Below, one piece after another: positions 46,084-55,232 of a DNA stretch of 64,000 nucleotides (positions within the stretch are counted from its first letter, which is position 1; each line of letters opens with the position of its first letter). The stretch is taken from the sequence record MT478991.1; one strand, given 5' to 3'. Under the pieces are notes generated by a model. That model saw only the letters and a program-made list of their open reading frames with translations. It searched no databases and was not told where the DNA came from. The stretch comes from Escherichia phage vB_EcoM_011D4. A program made the position numbers and the translations under genes.

Positions 46084-46908
46084 TTACCAACCTCGCTCTT
46101 TACCGATCAAAAATTCAACCTCACGACGTTTAATGTCTTCTTGAAGGTCTTTAATCTTCTGGCGATCTTGCATGATTTCATCCATCTTGTCAAGTGCTGC
46201 AATAAAATCATCGAAACGTTCAAAGGTTTTACCTTCATTTGCTTCGCCAAATTTAACCATAGTCAGACCGTAACGACTACTAAACAGACGTTTCAACTGC
46301 CCAACGATCTTAGAATCAGTAGTGACGACTTCCAATTCTTCTACTTCTTGAAAGAATTTTCTATCAGAATCAATAAACCAGCTAGTTCCTTTATGGTCTT
46401 TATCTTCGGTTGCACTCATTAGAGTATGGTCTTTACCATCAATTTCAATTACATCAATTTGCCCACATGGACTAACCTTTTTAACAGTAAAAGGTCTATA
46501 ATTTATTGCTCGTGCAATAACATAATTAAGGTTAGATACGTTTTCAGCATAATGACAGAAGTCGGTCATAGCATTCGCATCTTTCCAAGTATAAGTTTTA
46601 CCAACTTCCCATTTCTGGGGAACTTCTTCAACTTCACGAAAGAATTTTCTGTCAGTAGGACTAAAGAAAAATGATGCCGTCCACAATTCATTTTCTGTAA
46701 CAGAGTCTACCGTATGCTCAACCCCATCGAGTTCTATTACATCAATCCAATCGCCATCTTCGACCTTGTTGATGGTAAAAGGCTTATCACCAATAGATTT
46801 TCTGATATCGTCATTAAGTGGAGAAAGGCAACCACCACCACAATTAACAAAATCTGTTTTAGCTTTTTCATCTTTCCAGGTGTAAGTTTTACCAATTTCC
46901 CATTTCAT
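46084..46908 (-). CDS. Hypothetical protein; module family (2 tandem modules)
   Basis: MKWEIGKTYTWKDEKAKTDF and QKWEVGKTYTWKDANAMTDF start two internal repeats, each followed by ...IDVIE(L/I)DG...DRKFF(R/Q)EVEE. Confidence 0.5.
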   Translation of the reverse strand: MKWEIGKTYTWKDEKAKTDFVNCGGGCLSPLNDDIRKSIGDKPFTINKVEDGDWIDVIELDGVEHTVDSVTENELWTASFFFSPTDRKFFREVEEVPQKWEVGKTYTWKDANAMTDFCHYAENVSNLNYVIARAINYRPFTVKKVSPCGQIDVIEIDGKDHTLMSATEDKDHKGTSWFIDSDRKFFQEVEELEVVTTDSKIVGQLKRLFSSRYGLTMVKFGEANEGKTFERFDDFIAALDKMDEIMQDRQKIKDLQEDIKRREVEFLIGKERGW

Positions 46909-46920
46909 AATATATTCCCC

Positions 46921-47400
46921 TTAACCGATTTTATCAAGTTCGTTTAATGCTTTCTCTGCTTCCTGTATAGCTTGCACCCTTTCCGGCATTTTGTCAAGAA
47001 AATCTTTCAACTCTTCAAAACTGGAGATATGACGCAAGGCGTTAGCACCGATAGCCGCATGTGATTTGCATTCAAAGCGGATTTTATAATTATCCATCGC
47101 CAACTTGAGAAGATCAATTAATTTAGATTCTTCTGGAATAATAATTTCTTCAAATCTGCTACGGTCATGATCCAGAAACCAACAAGATAGACCTACATCG
47201 GTTGAACTAATATAAGTTCCATCATGAAGATAAACAGACCGCACGTATCCTTTTTTCGCATCAACCGACGCAACTTTAAACGGTAATCTCAGATATTTCA
47301 AATAATCAACATCATACCATTTAAAAAATTGGTTTGCATCTTTTACATCTTTCCACGCATAGGTCTTACCAGCTTCCCATTTCATAATATCATCTCTCAT
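46921..47400 (-). CDS. Hypothetical protein; module family (1 module)
   Basis: MKWEAGKTYAWKDVKDANQFF...PFKVASVD...; C-terminal coiled coil. Confidence 0.5.
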   Translation of the reverse strand: MRDDIMKWEAGKTYAWKDVKDANQFFKWYDVDYLKYLRLPFKVASVDAKKGYVRSVYLHDGTYISSTDVGLSCWFLDHDRSRFEEIIIPEESKLIDLLKLAMDNYKIRFECKSHAAIGANALRHISSFEELKDFLDKMPERVQAIQEAEKALNELDKIG

Positions 47401-47926
47401 TTTTGATACGTGATTCTAATTGGATCATACGGTCGCGCGTTTGCTTGTATTCTCGGATAGCACCGATCCGGCTAGGCATACCATCAAGCACGCTCTTAAT
47501 ACCTTCTAGGGTAGTAATTTTGGCAATGCTATTATGTAACCCCATCTTATCGATCAACTGAATGTCGTAGGCTTCCATAAGCAGACCCAGGCGTTCTAAA
47601 GTTAGGTCTTCTTCTTTTTCTTCCGAATCTGGAATCTTAGGTTCAATAGTAACTTCGGTAAAGAAACGACGCTCACCCGACCAAAACCACACACCGGAAC
47701 AGCCAATAGGGGATTCTTTTAACGTCATAGAGTCGAAATTACTACCAATAATAGTAATTTCTCTAACATCACCATCATCGTCAAGGTCTTCTACCCTAAA
47801 CGGGCGACCAGCCAACAAGTCAACAATACATCTGTTAATAGACGACGAAAATTTAGTCAGTTCGGCTTTCGACGCTTCGCATTCAATCTTGTAAGTTTTA
47901 CCAACTTCCCATTCCATAATAATCAC
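47390..47926 (-). CDS. Hypothetical protein; module family (1 module)
   Basis: MEWEVGKTYKIECEASKAEL...RPFRVEDL...VREITIIG...ERRFFTEV. Confidence 0.5.
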   Translation of the reverse strand: MIIMEWEVGKTYKIECEASKAELTKFSSSINRCIVDLLAGRPFRVEDLDDDGDVREITIIGSNFDSMTLKESPIGCSGVWFWSGERRFFTEVTIEPKIPDSEEKEEDLTLERLGLLMEAYDIQLIDKMGLHNSIAKITTLEGIKSVLDGMPSRIGAIREYKQTRDRMIQLESRIKNER

Positions 47927-47927
47927 C

Positions 47928-48437
47928 TCAAATAATTTTCACTGGAATACTATTAACAATCTTGTATTGTACTTGATTGTCAGACCCCCGCCACGGCTTC
48001 TTCGTTGGCATATCTTTAATATAACGCCCATCGATGAACATGTCAACTGATTCTACAATTTTTCTTTGCTCATCATTCAATTGGTCAAGGGTATAACCAG
48101 ACCATAGCCAAATATCTTTATTTGGCATCCATGATTTTACTTCATCGATGATCCGCTGTACACCCTTTAAATTGCGTTTATACAGTGGATCGCCACCTAA
48201 GAATGTTAGCCCCTGAATAAAATCAGGTCTAAGCAGATCCAGAATCAATCCCATTGTATCATCGGTGAATGGTTCCCCGTTCTTAGGATTGAGTAGGCTA
48301 GCATTAAAGCAACCATCACATGCGTGTGAACATCCGGTAACGTAAAGGGAGACTCTCACTCCCTCACCGTTAACCATATCACAATCTTTAATATCGGCAT
48401 AGCGTAGTTTGCCGTATGTATCAGAACTCATATTCAA
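47928..48437 (-). CDS. nrdG: Anaerobic ribonucleotide reductase activating protein NrdG (radical SAM)
   Basis: 169 aa; radical-SAM cluster CSHACDGC (Cx3Cx2C); GGDPL; adjacent to nrdD as in T4. Confidence 0.85.
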   Translation of the reverse strand: MNMSSDTYGKLRYADIKDCDMVNGEGVRVSLYVTGCSHACDGCFNASLLNPKNGEPFTDDTMGLILDLLRPDFIQGLTFLGGDPLYKRNLKGVQRIIDEVKSWMPNKDIWLWSGYTLDQLNDEQRKIVESVDMFIDGRYIKDMPTKKPWRGSDNQVQYKIVNSIPVKII

Positions 48438-48573
48438 TTACCCCGAACTCGTTTACAATCTGCGCTTTATAGTAACCACCGCGAGATGCTAATAGATAAG
48501 CTGGGCTTAGGTATTCGTATTCACGGATTTCTACTTGTGCGTTTTCAGTTTCCCAAATCAGTAAAGTCCACAT
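48421..48573 (-). CDS. Small ORF (about 50 aa)
   Basis: ATG at 48573 with AGGAGAATCAAAT leader just downstream of the promoter at 48616. Confidence 0.3.
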   Translation of the reverse strand: MWTLLIWETENAQVEIREYEYLSPAYLLASRGGYYKAQIVNEFGVIEYEF

Positions 48574-48615
48574 ATTTGATTCTCCTGTAAAGTTGTATCT
48601 CGTCTTGATGAATAT

Positions 48616-48644
48616 AGTATAGGGGATCTCGCGATCCCCGTCAA
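48616..48644 (-). promoter_or_regulatory. Sigma70-like early promoter (TTGACG-N17-TATACT) with spacer palindrome
   Basis: - strand TTGACGgggatcgcgagatccccTATACT; spacer is the palindrome GGGGATC-TCGC-GATCCCC. Confidence 0.55.
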
Positions 48645-48648
48645 GCAT

Positions 48649-49197
48649 TTATTTTAAATTTTTTCGAATGTAGTCAGACCATTCCTTCCCTGTCAGTTCG
48701 GTCCCATTCTGGAAACTGAAATATTCATACGGCATCGAGTCAAGATAAAACAGGATCATACATCGCGCCATATAATACCAATCACGATTAAAGTAAACTA
48801 CGTTATCTCCAGTACCATCAGCACCTTTATCATAACCATCGCGGGTACGGGCGACCCATTGAATGGTATCATTTTTCTCACGGATAGTAACAGGTTCCCA
48901 ATATCCAGCACATCCAGCATGACCACACGAACAAGTAAGGAAATATTGACCTTTTGCTTTGTTGTCATCCCATTCACGATGAATTGGTTTGATTTCGTGA
49001 AACAGTGCCAAACAATCATGATTATGCAACACTGGCTTACCATCAATCAATGCATGGAATGTATACAAACGACCCGTAGACAAATAGCTATCCTCACGCT
49101 CAACCAGTTCAATAGCAATCTTTTTAGCTAGTTCTTTGTGTCGTTGTGCTTTACGCTTACGGTTTAATGATTTCATATTCACCTCACACATTATCAA
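48649..49197 (-). CDS. Hypothetical Cys/His-rich protein (182 aa)
   Basis: Contains a CSCGHAGCAGYW cluster and several His/Cys. Confidence 0.45.
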   Translation of the reverse strand: MIMCEVNMKSLNRKRKAQRHKELAKKIAIELVEREDSYLSTGRLYTFHALIDGKPVLHNHDCLALFHEIKPIHREWDDNKAKGQYFLTCSCGHAGCAGYWEPVTIREKNDTIQWVARTRDGYDKGADGTGDNVVYFNRDWYYMARCMILFYLDSMPYEYFSFQNGTELTGKEWSDYIRKNLK

Positions 49198-49736
49198 AGG
49201 TCGCGATATAGTACATTATGAAAATGAGAACTTGCATTACCAATATTGTAGATAATAAATTCTTCATCCGGCGCTTGCGCTACAAATTGAGTATGAGCAA
49301 CCGCCACAACCTTAAAAATACGATCCGTGATCTTGTGTTTAATTTCTGCTCCTACTTCCATAGGAACATATTCATTTGTTTCTGTTTCAGTCGCAAAACA
49401 GCCATCTTCTTCATAAGCACGAACAAATCGGTCGCAATCAGTACGCTTAACAAATTCAAGAGTATATAATTCTCGTGAATTGTCGGTATAGACCAATACA
49501 GAATTATTATGATAGCGAATCACATACAGGTTATTATCATCGTCAATTACGCAAAAGCTACGGATTCCTTCGCCTTGACTCCAGCAGACATTAACCACCG
49601 TTCCTCTAATAAAAAAACTTTCCTTTAAATTAAAACTAGCCAATGTGCTAGCGTGCATTTTAACAACAACACCATCGCCAATTTCCAGTTTACGAAGTTT
49701 AACTTCTTTGCTCAGTACACAAAACATCATCATCAT
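49194..49736 (-). CDS. Hypothetical protein (180 aa)
   Basis: First ORF downstream of the promoter at 49765. Confidence 0.45.
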   Translation of the reverse strand: MMMMFCVLSKEVKLRKLEIGDGVVVKMHASTLASFNLKESFFIRGTVVNVCWSQGEGIRSFCVIDDDNNLYVIRYHNNSVLVYTDNSRELYTLEFVKRTDCDRFVRAYEEDGCFATETETNEYVPMEVGAEIKHKITDRIFKVVAVAHTQFVAQAPDEEFIIYNIGNASSHFHNVLYRDL

Positions 49737-49764
49737 GTTGTCCTCTCGTTGTTTTCGATGTGAG

Positions 49765-49792
49765 CATTATACATTAGCTAATCAGGTTGTCA
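49765..49792 (-). promoter_or_regulatory. Sigma70-like early promoter (TTGACA-N16-TATAAT)
   Basis: - strand TTGACAacctgattagctaatgTATAATgctcacatc. Confidence 0.6.
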
Positions 49793-49794
49793 AC

Positions 49795-49830
49795 ACCCCA
49801 AAACGAAAAAGCCGACCCTTTCGGATCGGC
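49795..49830 (-). terminator. Rho-independent terminator downstream of nrdD
   Basis: - strand AGCCGATCC-GAAA-GGGTCGGCT followed by TTTTTCGTTTT, 7 nt after the nrdD stop. Confidence 0.6.
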
Positions 49831-49836
49831 TGAAAA

Positions 49837-51699
49837 TTACATGTGCTTAACGCGGTTTACCATCTCGGAGTGTTTCCCGTGGTTAAATGGACGCAGATCA
49901 ACAGATCCAAGATATCCACTAACGCGGCGGATAACATTCATCTTTTCCAGATTGTCGTTGCCGCAATCAGGACAAACAAAACCAGACTCGGTCGCTCTCA
50001 TTTCCTTATTAGATCCGCATACATGACATACATCAGAAGGAGTATTAACACCGAAGTAGTGCAATTTATCCATTGCATAGTCTACTACAGTTTCAAGACC
50101 TTTCAGGTTGTTTTTCATGTCTGGGAACTCAACATAAGAGATCATGCCACCGGACGCCAGCCAGTGATAATCTTTCTCAAAGTCGATTTTCTCAAATGGT
50201 GTGACTTTCCGGTCTACGTCAAGGTGGAATGAGTTGGTGTACCAGTCTTTATCGGTAGCACCCTTAACAATACCAAATTGCTCTCTGTCCAGTCGATTAA
50301 ATCGATAGCAAAGGCTCTCGGCTGGAGTACCGTAAAGACTAAACCCAAGTCCGGTTTCATCCTTCCATTTTTCAGTATAATGACGCAGGATTTTAAGAAT
50401 ATGTTTACCGTATCGCTGCGCATCTTCCGAATCAAACGGATGAACACCAAACAGGACGCTCAATACCTCATGCAAACCAATATACCCAAGAGAGATACTA
50501 GCGCGACCATCTTTCAGCACTTCCAAAATTTCATCGTTTTGATGAATACGGAAAAATGCACCTTCTGTATACAGCACCGGAGCAACATTGGCTTTAGCCC
50601 CTTTTAAAGCGTCTACGCGACTCATGAGCGCATCAAAGCAAATAGGCATACGATTAGCTAGCTCTTGTTCGAATAGCTCAATTCTGCGCATTACAGACGC
50701 TTTACCAGCACGACGAGCGGCAATAAGGGCAATACGCGGAAGATTCAGAGTCACAACACCTAAGTTATTACGTCCGTCTAATACTTCTTCGCCTTTCTCA
50801 TTATGCCACACACCCAGGAAGCTACGACAACCCATCGGGCTAACCGGAACACTAGATCCGGTGATACTACGGTTATTCTTCGCAGAGATATAATCAGGGT
50901 AAAGACGCTTACTAGAACATTCCAATGCAAGTTGCTTAATGTCGTAGTTCGGATCTTCCGGTTTAAGGTTTAATCCTTCTTCTAAGAACATCACCAGCTT
51001 AGGAAACACCGGAGTTATACCATCTTTACCTAAACCTTTAGTTCGAACTTTCAGGATCGCTTTCTGAATCAGTTTTTCTTCCCAGCTAGTACCCATACCA
51101 AAGGTTAAAGTCACAAAAGGCGTTTGACCGTTGGTGGAGAACAAAGTGTTGATTTCATATTCCAACGCTTGATACCCGTCTAAAGTTTCTTTTTCTGTCT
51201 TCTCTTGTGCATAGAGAGTATCAGCTTTGATTCCGTAGGTTTCGGCATCAGCAAGGTGTTTATGATATGTTTTCTCAACGTATGGCGCTAAAACCTGATC
51301 GATGTTTGCAATTGTGGTCCCGCCATATTGATGACTTGCCACCTGTGCGATAATTTGAGCGGTTACAGCACAAGCAACGCCGATTGATTTCGGACTTTCG
51401 ATTTGTGCGCTACCCAATTTAAAACCATTCTCTAACATGTCTTTGAGATTAACAAGACAGCAGTTAGTAAACGGCATAGCGGGTGCATAATCCATATCAT
51501 GATAATGAATATCACCGTCTACATGCGCTTTATAGATGTGCTCAGGTAACACGGTTTTAGCAATCTGTTTAGACACAGCACCAGCAATCAGATCTCGACG
51601 TGTCGGGAATGTTCGCGCGTCTTTGTTCGCGTTCTCTTTACTTACTTCGTTTTCTTTACCCGTTGCGATCTCTGTAATGTCTTTGATTAGTTTTTCCAT
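49837..51699 (-). CDS. nrdD: Anaerobic ribonucleoside-triphosphate reductase NrdD (glycyl radical enzyme), intron-less
   Basis: 620 aa; C-terminal zinc ribbon CHVCGS...CPDCG and glycyl-radical motif RVSGYLG; single uninterrupted ORF. Confidence 0.9.
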   Translation of the reverse strand: MEKLIKDITEIATGKENEVSKENANKDARTFPTRRDLIAGAVSKQIAKTVLPEHIYKAHVDGDIHYHDMDYAPAMPFTNCCLVNLKDMLENGFKLGSAQIESPKSIGVACAVTAQIIAQVASHQYGGTTIANIDQVLAPYVEKTYHKHLADAETYGIKADTLYAQEKTEKETLDGYQALEYEINTLFSTNGQTPFVTLTFGMGTSWEEKLIQKAILKVRTKGLGKDGITPVFPKLVMFLEEGLNLKPEDPNYDIKQLALECSSKRLYPDYISAKNNRSITGSSVPVSPMGCRSFLGVWHNEKGEEVLDGRNNLGVVTLNLPRIALIAARRAGKASVMRRIELFEQELANRMPICFDALMSRVDALKGAKANVAPVLYTEGAFFRIHQNDEILEVLKDGRASISLGYIGLHEVLSVLFGVHPFDSEDAQRYGKHILKILRHYTEKWKDETGLGFSLYGTPAESLCYRFNRLDREQFGIVKGATDKDWYTNSFHLDVDRKVTPFEKIDFEKDYHWLASGGMISYVEFPDMKNNLKGLETVVDYAMDKLHYFGVNTPSDVCHVCGSNKEMRATESGFVCPDCGNDNLEKMNVIRRVSGYLGSVDLRPFNHGKHSEMVNRVKHM

Positions 51700-51711
51700 T
51701 GTATCACCTAT

Positions 51712-51735
51712 GAAAAAGCGGGATTTCTCCCGCTC
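51712..51735 (-). terminator. Hairpin plus T-run upstream of nrdD
   Basis: - strand AGCGGGA-GAAA-TCCCGCT followed by TTTTTCAT, 13 nt before the nrdD ATG. Confidence 0.5.
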
Positions 51736-51743
51736 GTTGATAG

Positions 51744-52238
51744 TTATTTTACCAATTCTGCTAATTCTTTTTCTTTAGCTTCTAGTTCAGCTTTAAGCTG
51801 TTTAATCTCTTGTCGCTTCTTATTAGCGGCTTCCTGCTTACTATTTCGGATAACCTGATCTAGATACAATTCCCAATCCTGAATATTTTTGATAATGTAG
51901 CCGTCAACATTAATTGGTCGGAGATTCAGTACAGCTTCCAGTTTAGTTGCAAAAACTTTAATTGCTGGGGTGAAGTATTCATATTCGTTATCTTCAAACC
52001 AATAACCTAGACTTGCATTCTCAATACGAAGATGAAGTTTAAGATCAAGGTCTTTATCATCGGTATATAGGTCTTTTACACACCCCATAGAATTAACCAC
52101 AACTTTAAAACGAATTTTATCTACACCACCAAAAACATCTTCAAGAATATCAGCAATTGAGCTATTAGCGCAAGATTGGTCGCTGAATGCGTCAAGGTTT
52201 TCTTTAGTTACAGTATACCAAACATCTTGTACCCACAT
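51744..52238 (-). CDS. Hypothetical protein (164 aa), C-terminal coiled coil
   Basis: ORF with a K/E-rich C-terminal coiled coil. Confidence 0.45.
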   Translation of the reverse strand: MWVQDVWYTVTKENLDAFSDQSCANSSIADILEDVFGGVDKIRFKVVVNSMGCVKDLYTDDKDLDLKLHLRIENASLGYWFEDNEYEYFTPAIKVFATKLEAVLNLRPINVDGYIIKNIQDWELYLDQVIRNSKQEAANKKRQEIKQLKAELEAKEKELAELVK

Positions 52239-52268
52239 AATATAATCCTCTCGTTGTTAAGTGGGAGT

Positions 52269-52296
52269 ATTATAGCATACTCCCTTCGCATGTCAA
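52269..52296 (-). promoter_or_regulatory. Sigma70-like early promoter (TTGACA-N16-TATAAT) inside GGGAGTA..TACTCCC palindrome
   Basis: - strand TTGACAtgcgaagggagtatgcTATAATactccc. Confidence 0.6.
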
Positions 52297-53471
52297 GCAC
52301 TAACTTTTTTCTTTACTGCTTTCACCTTCTGGCGAATTGCTCGAATCTCTTCGATCTCTTTTTCAGTCTCTTTAACAATTTCTTTGCGATTCTGAATATC
52401 TGTATCTAGATTATCATCAAGTTTAGGCAGCATGTCAATCAAGAACTTTTTAAAGTCTTTCAGGTTTCGGATAACAGCACCTTCACCCATTACCGCCACG
52501 CCTACACCATCCGGCAGGTCGCCAAACAGTTTAACCAGTTCAGACAGATGATCATGATCTTCTAGTGCTTCTTCCGGTTCAGATGGCAGTCCAACAAAGT
52601 AATAACGTTCATCATTGCTGATCAGGTGATACCAGCAAAGCCCAAAAGATTTAGGAGTATATTCTACACCACCAACTTCAACTGCGTCAACACTTCCGAA
52701 AGAATCTACTTTAGTTACCTTAAATCCATGTTCCAGCGTTTTAATAATTTCAATAACATGACTAGATACGGTTTCAGTATTAAACCAATGAGGCAAATTA
52801 TGTGGATTTGGCTTGTATCGTTCGCCTACTTTAAATCTCTGACCACGCTCTTGCATACGGACATATTCAACTCGCGTGATTTCCGCGAAGTATTCAAATT
52901 CGCTACCGTCAAACAAGCAATTCCATTGATCACAAAAACGATCCGCCTTGACGGTTTCACCTTTCGCGGTGATCATGGTAGCCGATCCATGAAATTCTTC
53001 TTCAACCAAAAAGCCATATTCGACAAAATCAACAAGTTTCATGGCTTCTTTATGCTCTGGGTCATGCTCTCCCCAGAATCGCTTAAATTCTTGCAAACCT
53101 TCTGGGGTAAACGAATAACATTTACCTTTTTCAAAGTAAGTCGGCATTGCATCCTCTTTCTTGTTCATCGCTTCGTATGCCTCTTTTGAGATACGTTTAA
53201 AGTATTTGCGCTCATTGTGCATAATCATAGTAGACCAATAATAAACGATATCCTCAGCGGAATAAACTACATCTCCAGCTTCAATAGTAATAACATGACC
53301 GTGGTCATCTTTTTCTAATACTTTAAAGCCCTTTTCTACGATTTCAGCAACCCGAATATGACCACGGCGCGAAGCATCGGTCAGAATAATTGAATAGCGA
53401 GAAAAGTCTAGAAACTCATCTTTACCACCTTCACGGAATGCATAGTAATGACCTTCAAAGAATTTAGCCAT
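52293..53471 (-). CDS. Hypothetical protein; module family (3 tandem modules)
   Basis: Three internal repeats each with G(H/K)(Y/C)Y.F...GFKV(L/T)...G.V...(I/V)E.G...ER(K/Y)YF; acidic/coiled-coil tail. Confidence 0.5.
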   Translation of the reverse strand: MAKFFEGHYYAFREGGKDEFLDFSRYSIILTDASRRGHIRVAEIVEKGFKVLEKDDHGHVITIEAGDVVYSAEDIVYYWSTMIMHNERKYFKRISKEAYEAMNKKEDAMPTYFEKGKCYSFTPEGLQEFKRFWGEHDPEHKEAMKLVDFVEYGFLVEEEFHGSATMITAKGETVKADRFCDQWNCLFDGSEFEYFAEITRVEYVRMQERGQRFKVGERYKPNPHNLPHWFNTETVSSHVIEIIKTLEHGFKVTKVDSFGSVDAVEVGGVEYTPKSFGLCWYHLISNDERYYFVGLPSEPEEALEDHDHLSELVKLFGDLPDGVGVAVMGEGAVIRNLKDFKKFLIDMLPKLDDNLDTDIQNRKEIVKETEKEIEEIRAIRQKVKAVKKKVSA

Positions 53472-53502
53472 AATATAATCCTCTCGTTGTTTAGATGGGA
53501 GT

Positions 53503-53531
53503 ATCTTACTACTCCCGTTTCATCATGTCAA
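53503..53531 (-). promoter_or_regulatory. Sigma70-like early promoter (TTGACA-N17-TAAGAT) inside GGGAGTA..TACTCCC palindrome
   Basis: - strand TTGACAtgatgaaacgggagtagTAAGATactccc; core identical to promoters at 10292 and 10570. Confidence 0.6.
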
Positions 53532-54112
53532 GCGTTAAATGACTTTTGGATCTCTTTCAGTTCAGCTACTTTATCTGCGCTATATTTTGCTTGATGTTCC
53601 ATGCGCTTAATCTCACCTTTGATATAGGTTTCTAGCTTAGGTTTATTCTCAATCAAAAAATCTTTCAGGTCATCGGCATTTTTAAAGTATAGCTGATTAT
53701 CAACGCTAAAATCTTCCAGCGTCAATGATACCAAAGAAGACTTCGCAAACAAGTTAATCAGATCTTCCAGCGATTCTTCTTTCTTAACTGGCTTCATTTC
53801 TTCAAACTGCTTTTTAGTGATACGCTTAAAGTATTTGCGCTCGCTGGCATCAATCATGATTGATGCGCCCTCATAATCATGAGTTTCTACCAAATACACT
53901 TTACCCATAACATTAACAGTCAGAACTTTAAAGCCCTTGTGAAGCACACCATACAGGAACTTGTTATGTTGTGGATAGCGTTTAACAAATTCCTCTGCGG
54001 ACTCAGCATTACGGAAAGTGTAATAACGACCTCGTTCAAAAACAGCATCATTTGAAGACTTAGCCGGATACAATTTATACGTTTTCTGTACCATAATATA
54101 ATCCTCTATCAT
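53528..54112 (-). CDS. Hypothetical protein; module family (1 module)
   Basis: RGRYYTFRNAESAEEF...GFKVLTVNVMGKVYLVE...ASERKYFKRI. Confidence 0.5.
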   Translation of the reverse strand: MIEDYIMVQKTYKLYPAKSSNDAVFERGRYYTFRNAESAEEFVKRYPQHNKFLYGVLHKGFKVLTVNVMGKVYLVETHDYEGASIMIDASERKYFKRITKKQFEEMKPVKKEESLEDLINLFAKSSLVSLTLEDFSVDNQLYFKNADDLKDFLIENKPKLETYIKGEIKRMEHQAKYSADKVAELKEIQKSFNA

Positions 54113-54381
54113 TTCACTAATTGAACAGCACGGAACAGAATGCGCTCACACGGAAGCAGCATAAATTCCCAACGCGGATCAAAGTCTTTAGCGGTATACG
54201 TTTTCCCATCAACCGAGATTTCACTTACATAACCAACAGGTGACACTTTAAGAACAGTAAACCCATTCTTGATGACTTCGTAGGTATCTTTCACCCCTTC
54301 GTATTCATCATCTAAGAAGTCTTTATGTGCTTGCTCAGATTTAAAAACATAGGCCACACCGGATTTAAACATCTTACGCAT
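54109..54381 (-). CDS. Hypothetical protein; module family (1 module)
   Basis: ATG at 54381 with AAGGAGAATCAACA leader; SGVAYVFKSEQAHKDF...GFTVLKV...VSEISVDGKTY. Confidence 0.45.
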   Translation of the reverse strand: MRKMFKSGVAYVFKSEQAHKDFLDDEYEGVKDTYEVIKNGFTVLKVSPVGYVSEISVDGKTYTAKDFDPRWEFMLLPCERILFRAVQLVK

Positions 54382-54412
54382 TGTTGATTCTCCTTCTTGA
54401 TTAGATGGGAGT

Positions 54413-54441
54413 ATTTTACTACTCCCATTTCTTATTGTCAA
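54413..54441 (-). promoter_or_regulatory. Sigma70-like early promoter (TTGACA-N17-TAAAAT) inside GGGAGTA..TACTCCC palindrome
   Basis: - strand TTGACAataagaaatgggagtagTAAAATactccc directly after the gp49 stop. Confidence 0.6.
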
Positions 54442-54444
54442 CTA

Positions 54445-54933
54445 CTATCTTAATCTTTGTATAAATTGTTTCTTATACTTCTTCGTGATCTCTTCTCTTG
54501 TATCAGCGTCACAATAATCGAAGCCTTCTGCGTCCATAATAGCAACCATCTCCGCGCGTGTCAAGCGTGAAAATCGTTTTACTTTATCAACAGCATATTG
54601 AGGATGTAAATGATTGTTGGTGTAGTCTCCTTTGATGTAATTAACATAGTTTGTCGCCCAAACAACGAAATCAGCACCTAAAGCACCAACACCAAACCGT
54701 TTAAAGTCTCCGGTCAACGATCCTTCTAGGCGGTTGCAACACGAATGAAGCAATCCCCTTACGCGGCCTTGCCCTTTACCATCTAGATCGTGGTCGTGGT
54801 CAAGATGGTTTTTGCTCATATCCTCAAAAAGTGGCAATTGACAAAGGGGGCAAATGCCCCCCTGTTTTTCGAATAGTTCTTGTTTGTACTCTTTAGCACT
54901 CTTAGCAGTCAGTAACATAAATTCACCCTCCAA
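54445..54933 (-). CDS. 49: Endonuclease VII (gp49, Holliday junction resolvase)
   Basis: 162 aa; N-terminus MLLTAKSAKEYKQELFEKQGGICPLCQ...HLDHDHDL...GRVRGLL matches T4 endo VII as recalled. Confidence 0.85.
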   Translation of the reverse strand: MEGEFMLLTAKSAKEYKQELFEKQGGICPLCQLPLFEDMSKNHLDHDHDLDGKGQGRVRGLLHSCCNRLEGSLTGDFKRFGVGALGADFVVWATNYVNYIKGDYTNNHLHPQYAVDKVKRFSRLTRAEMVAIMDAEGFDYCDADTREEITKKYKKQFIQRLR

Positions 54934-54942
54934 AGAAGGTAT

Positions 54943-55224
54943 TTAACCATGAATCTTGTTTTTGACTACAAAGGATCGGAACTCATCAAAGCCACCAATA
55001 TAATCACCATCATAGAAAATCTGCGGCATGGTGGCAATAACTTCTACCCCTGCGCGATCCTGAATATCGGCAATGATAGAATCAATCTTTACGGGGCGAC
55101 CGTTTTCGTCAACACCATCATTAACCGGAATGTAGATGTAAGGGATCTTACGCGATTCACAAAGGCGCTTTGCATTCTGGCAATACTTACAGTTGTAACC
55201 TTCAAAACCAAAAATTTCTACCAT
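54943..55224 (-). CDS. nrdC: Thioredoxin/glutaredoxin-like protein (NrdC-like)
   Basis: CKYC active-site motif near the N-terminus, cis-Pro TMPQIF and GGF; lies next to gp49 as nrdC does in T4. Start at ATG 55224. Confidence 0.55.
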   Translation of the reverse strand: MVEIFGFEGYNCKYCQNAKRLCESRKIPYIYIPVNDGVDENGRPVKIDSIIADIQDRAGVEVIATMPQIFYDGDYIGGFDEFRSFVVKNKIHG

Positions 55225-55232
55225 ATTATACC

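Noticed and set aside
49837-51699. Looked for a group I intron or homing endonuclease in nrdD, as in T4.
   Set aside because: nrdD is an uninterrupted ORF through the glycyl-radical motif; no GIY-YIG/HNH ORF or intron-like gap is present.
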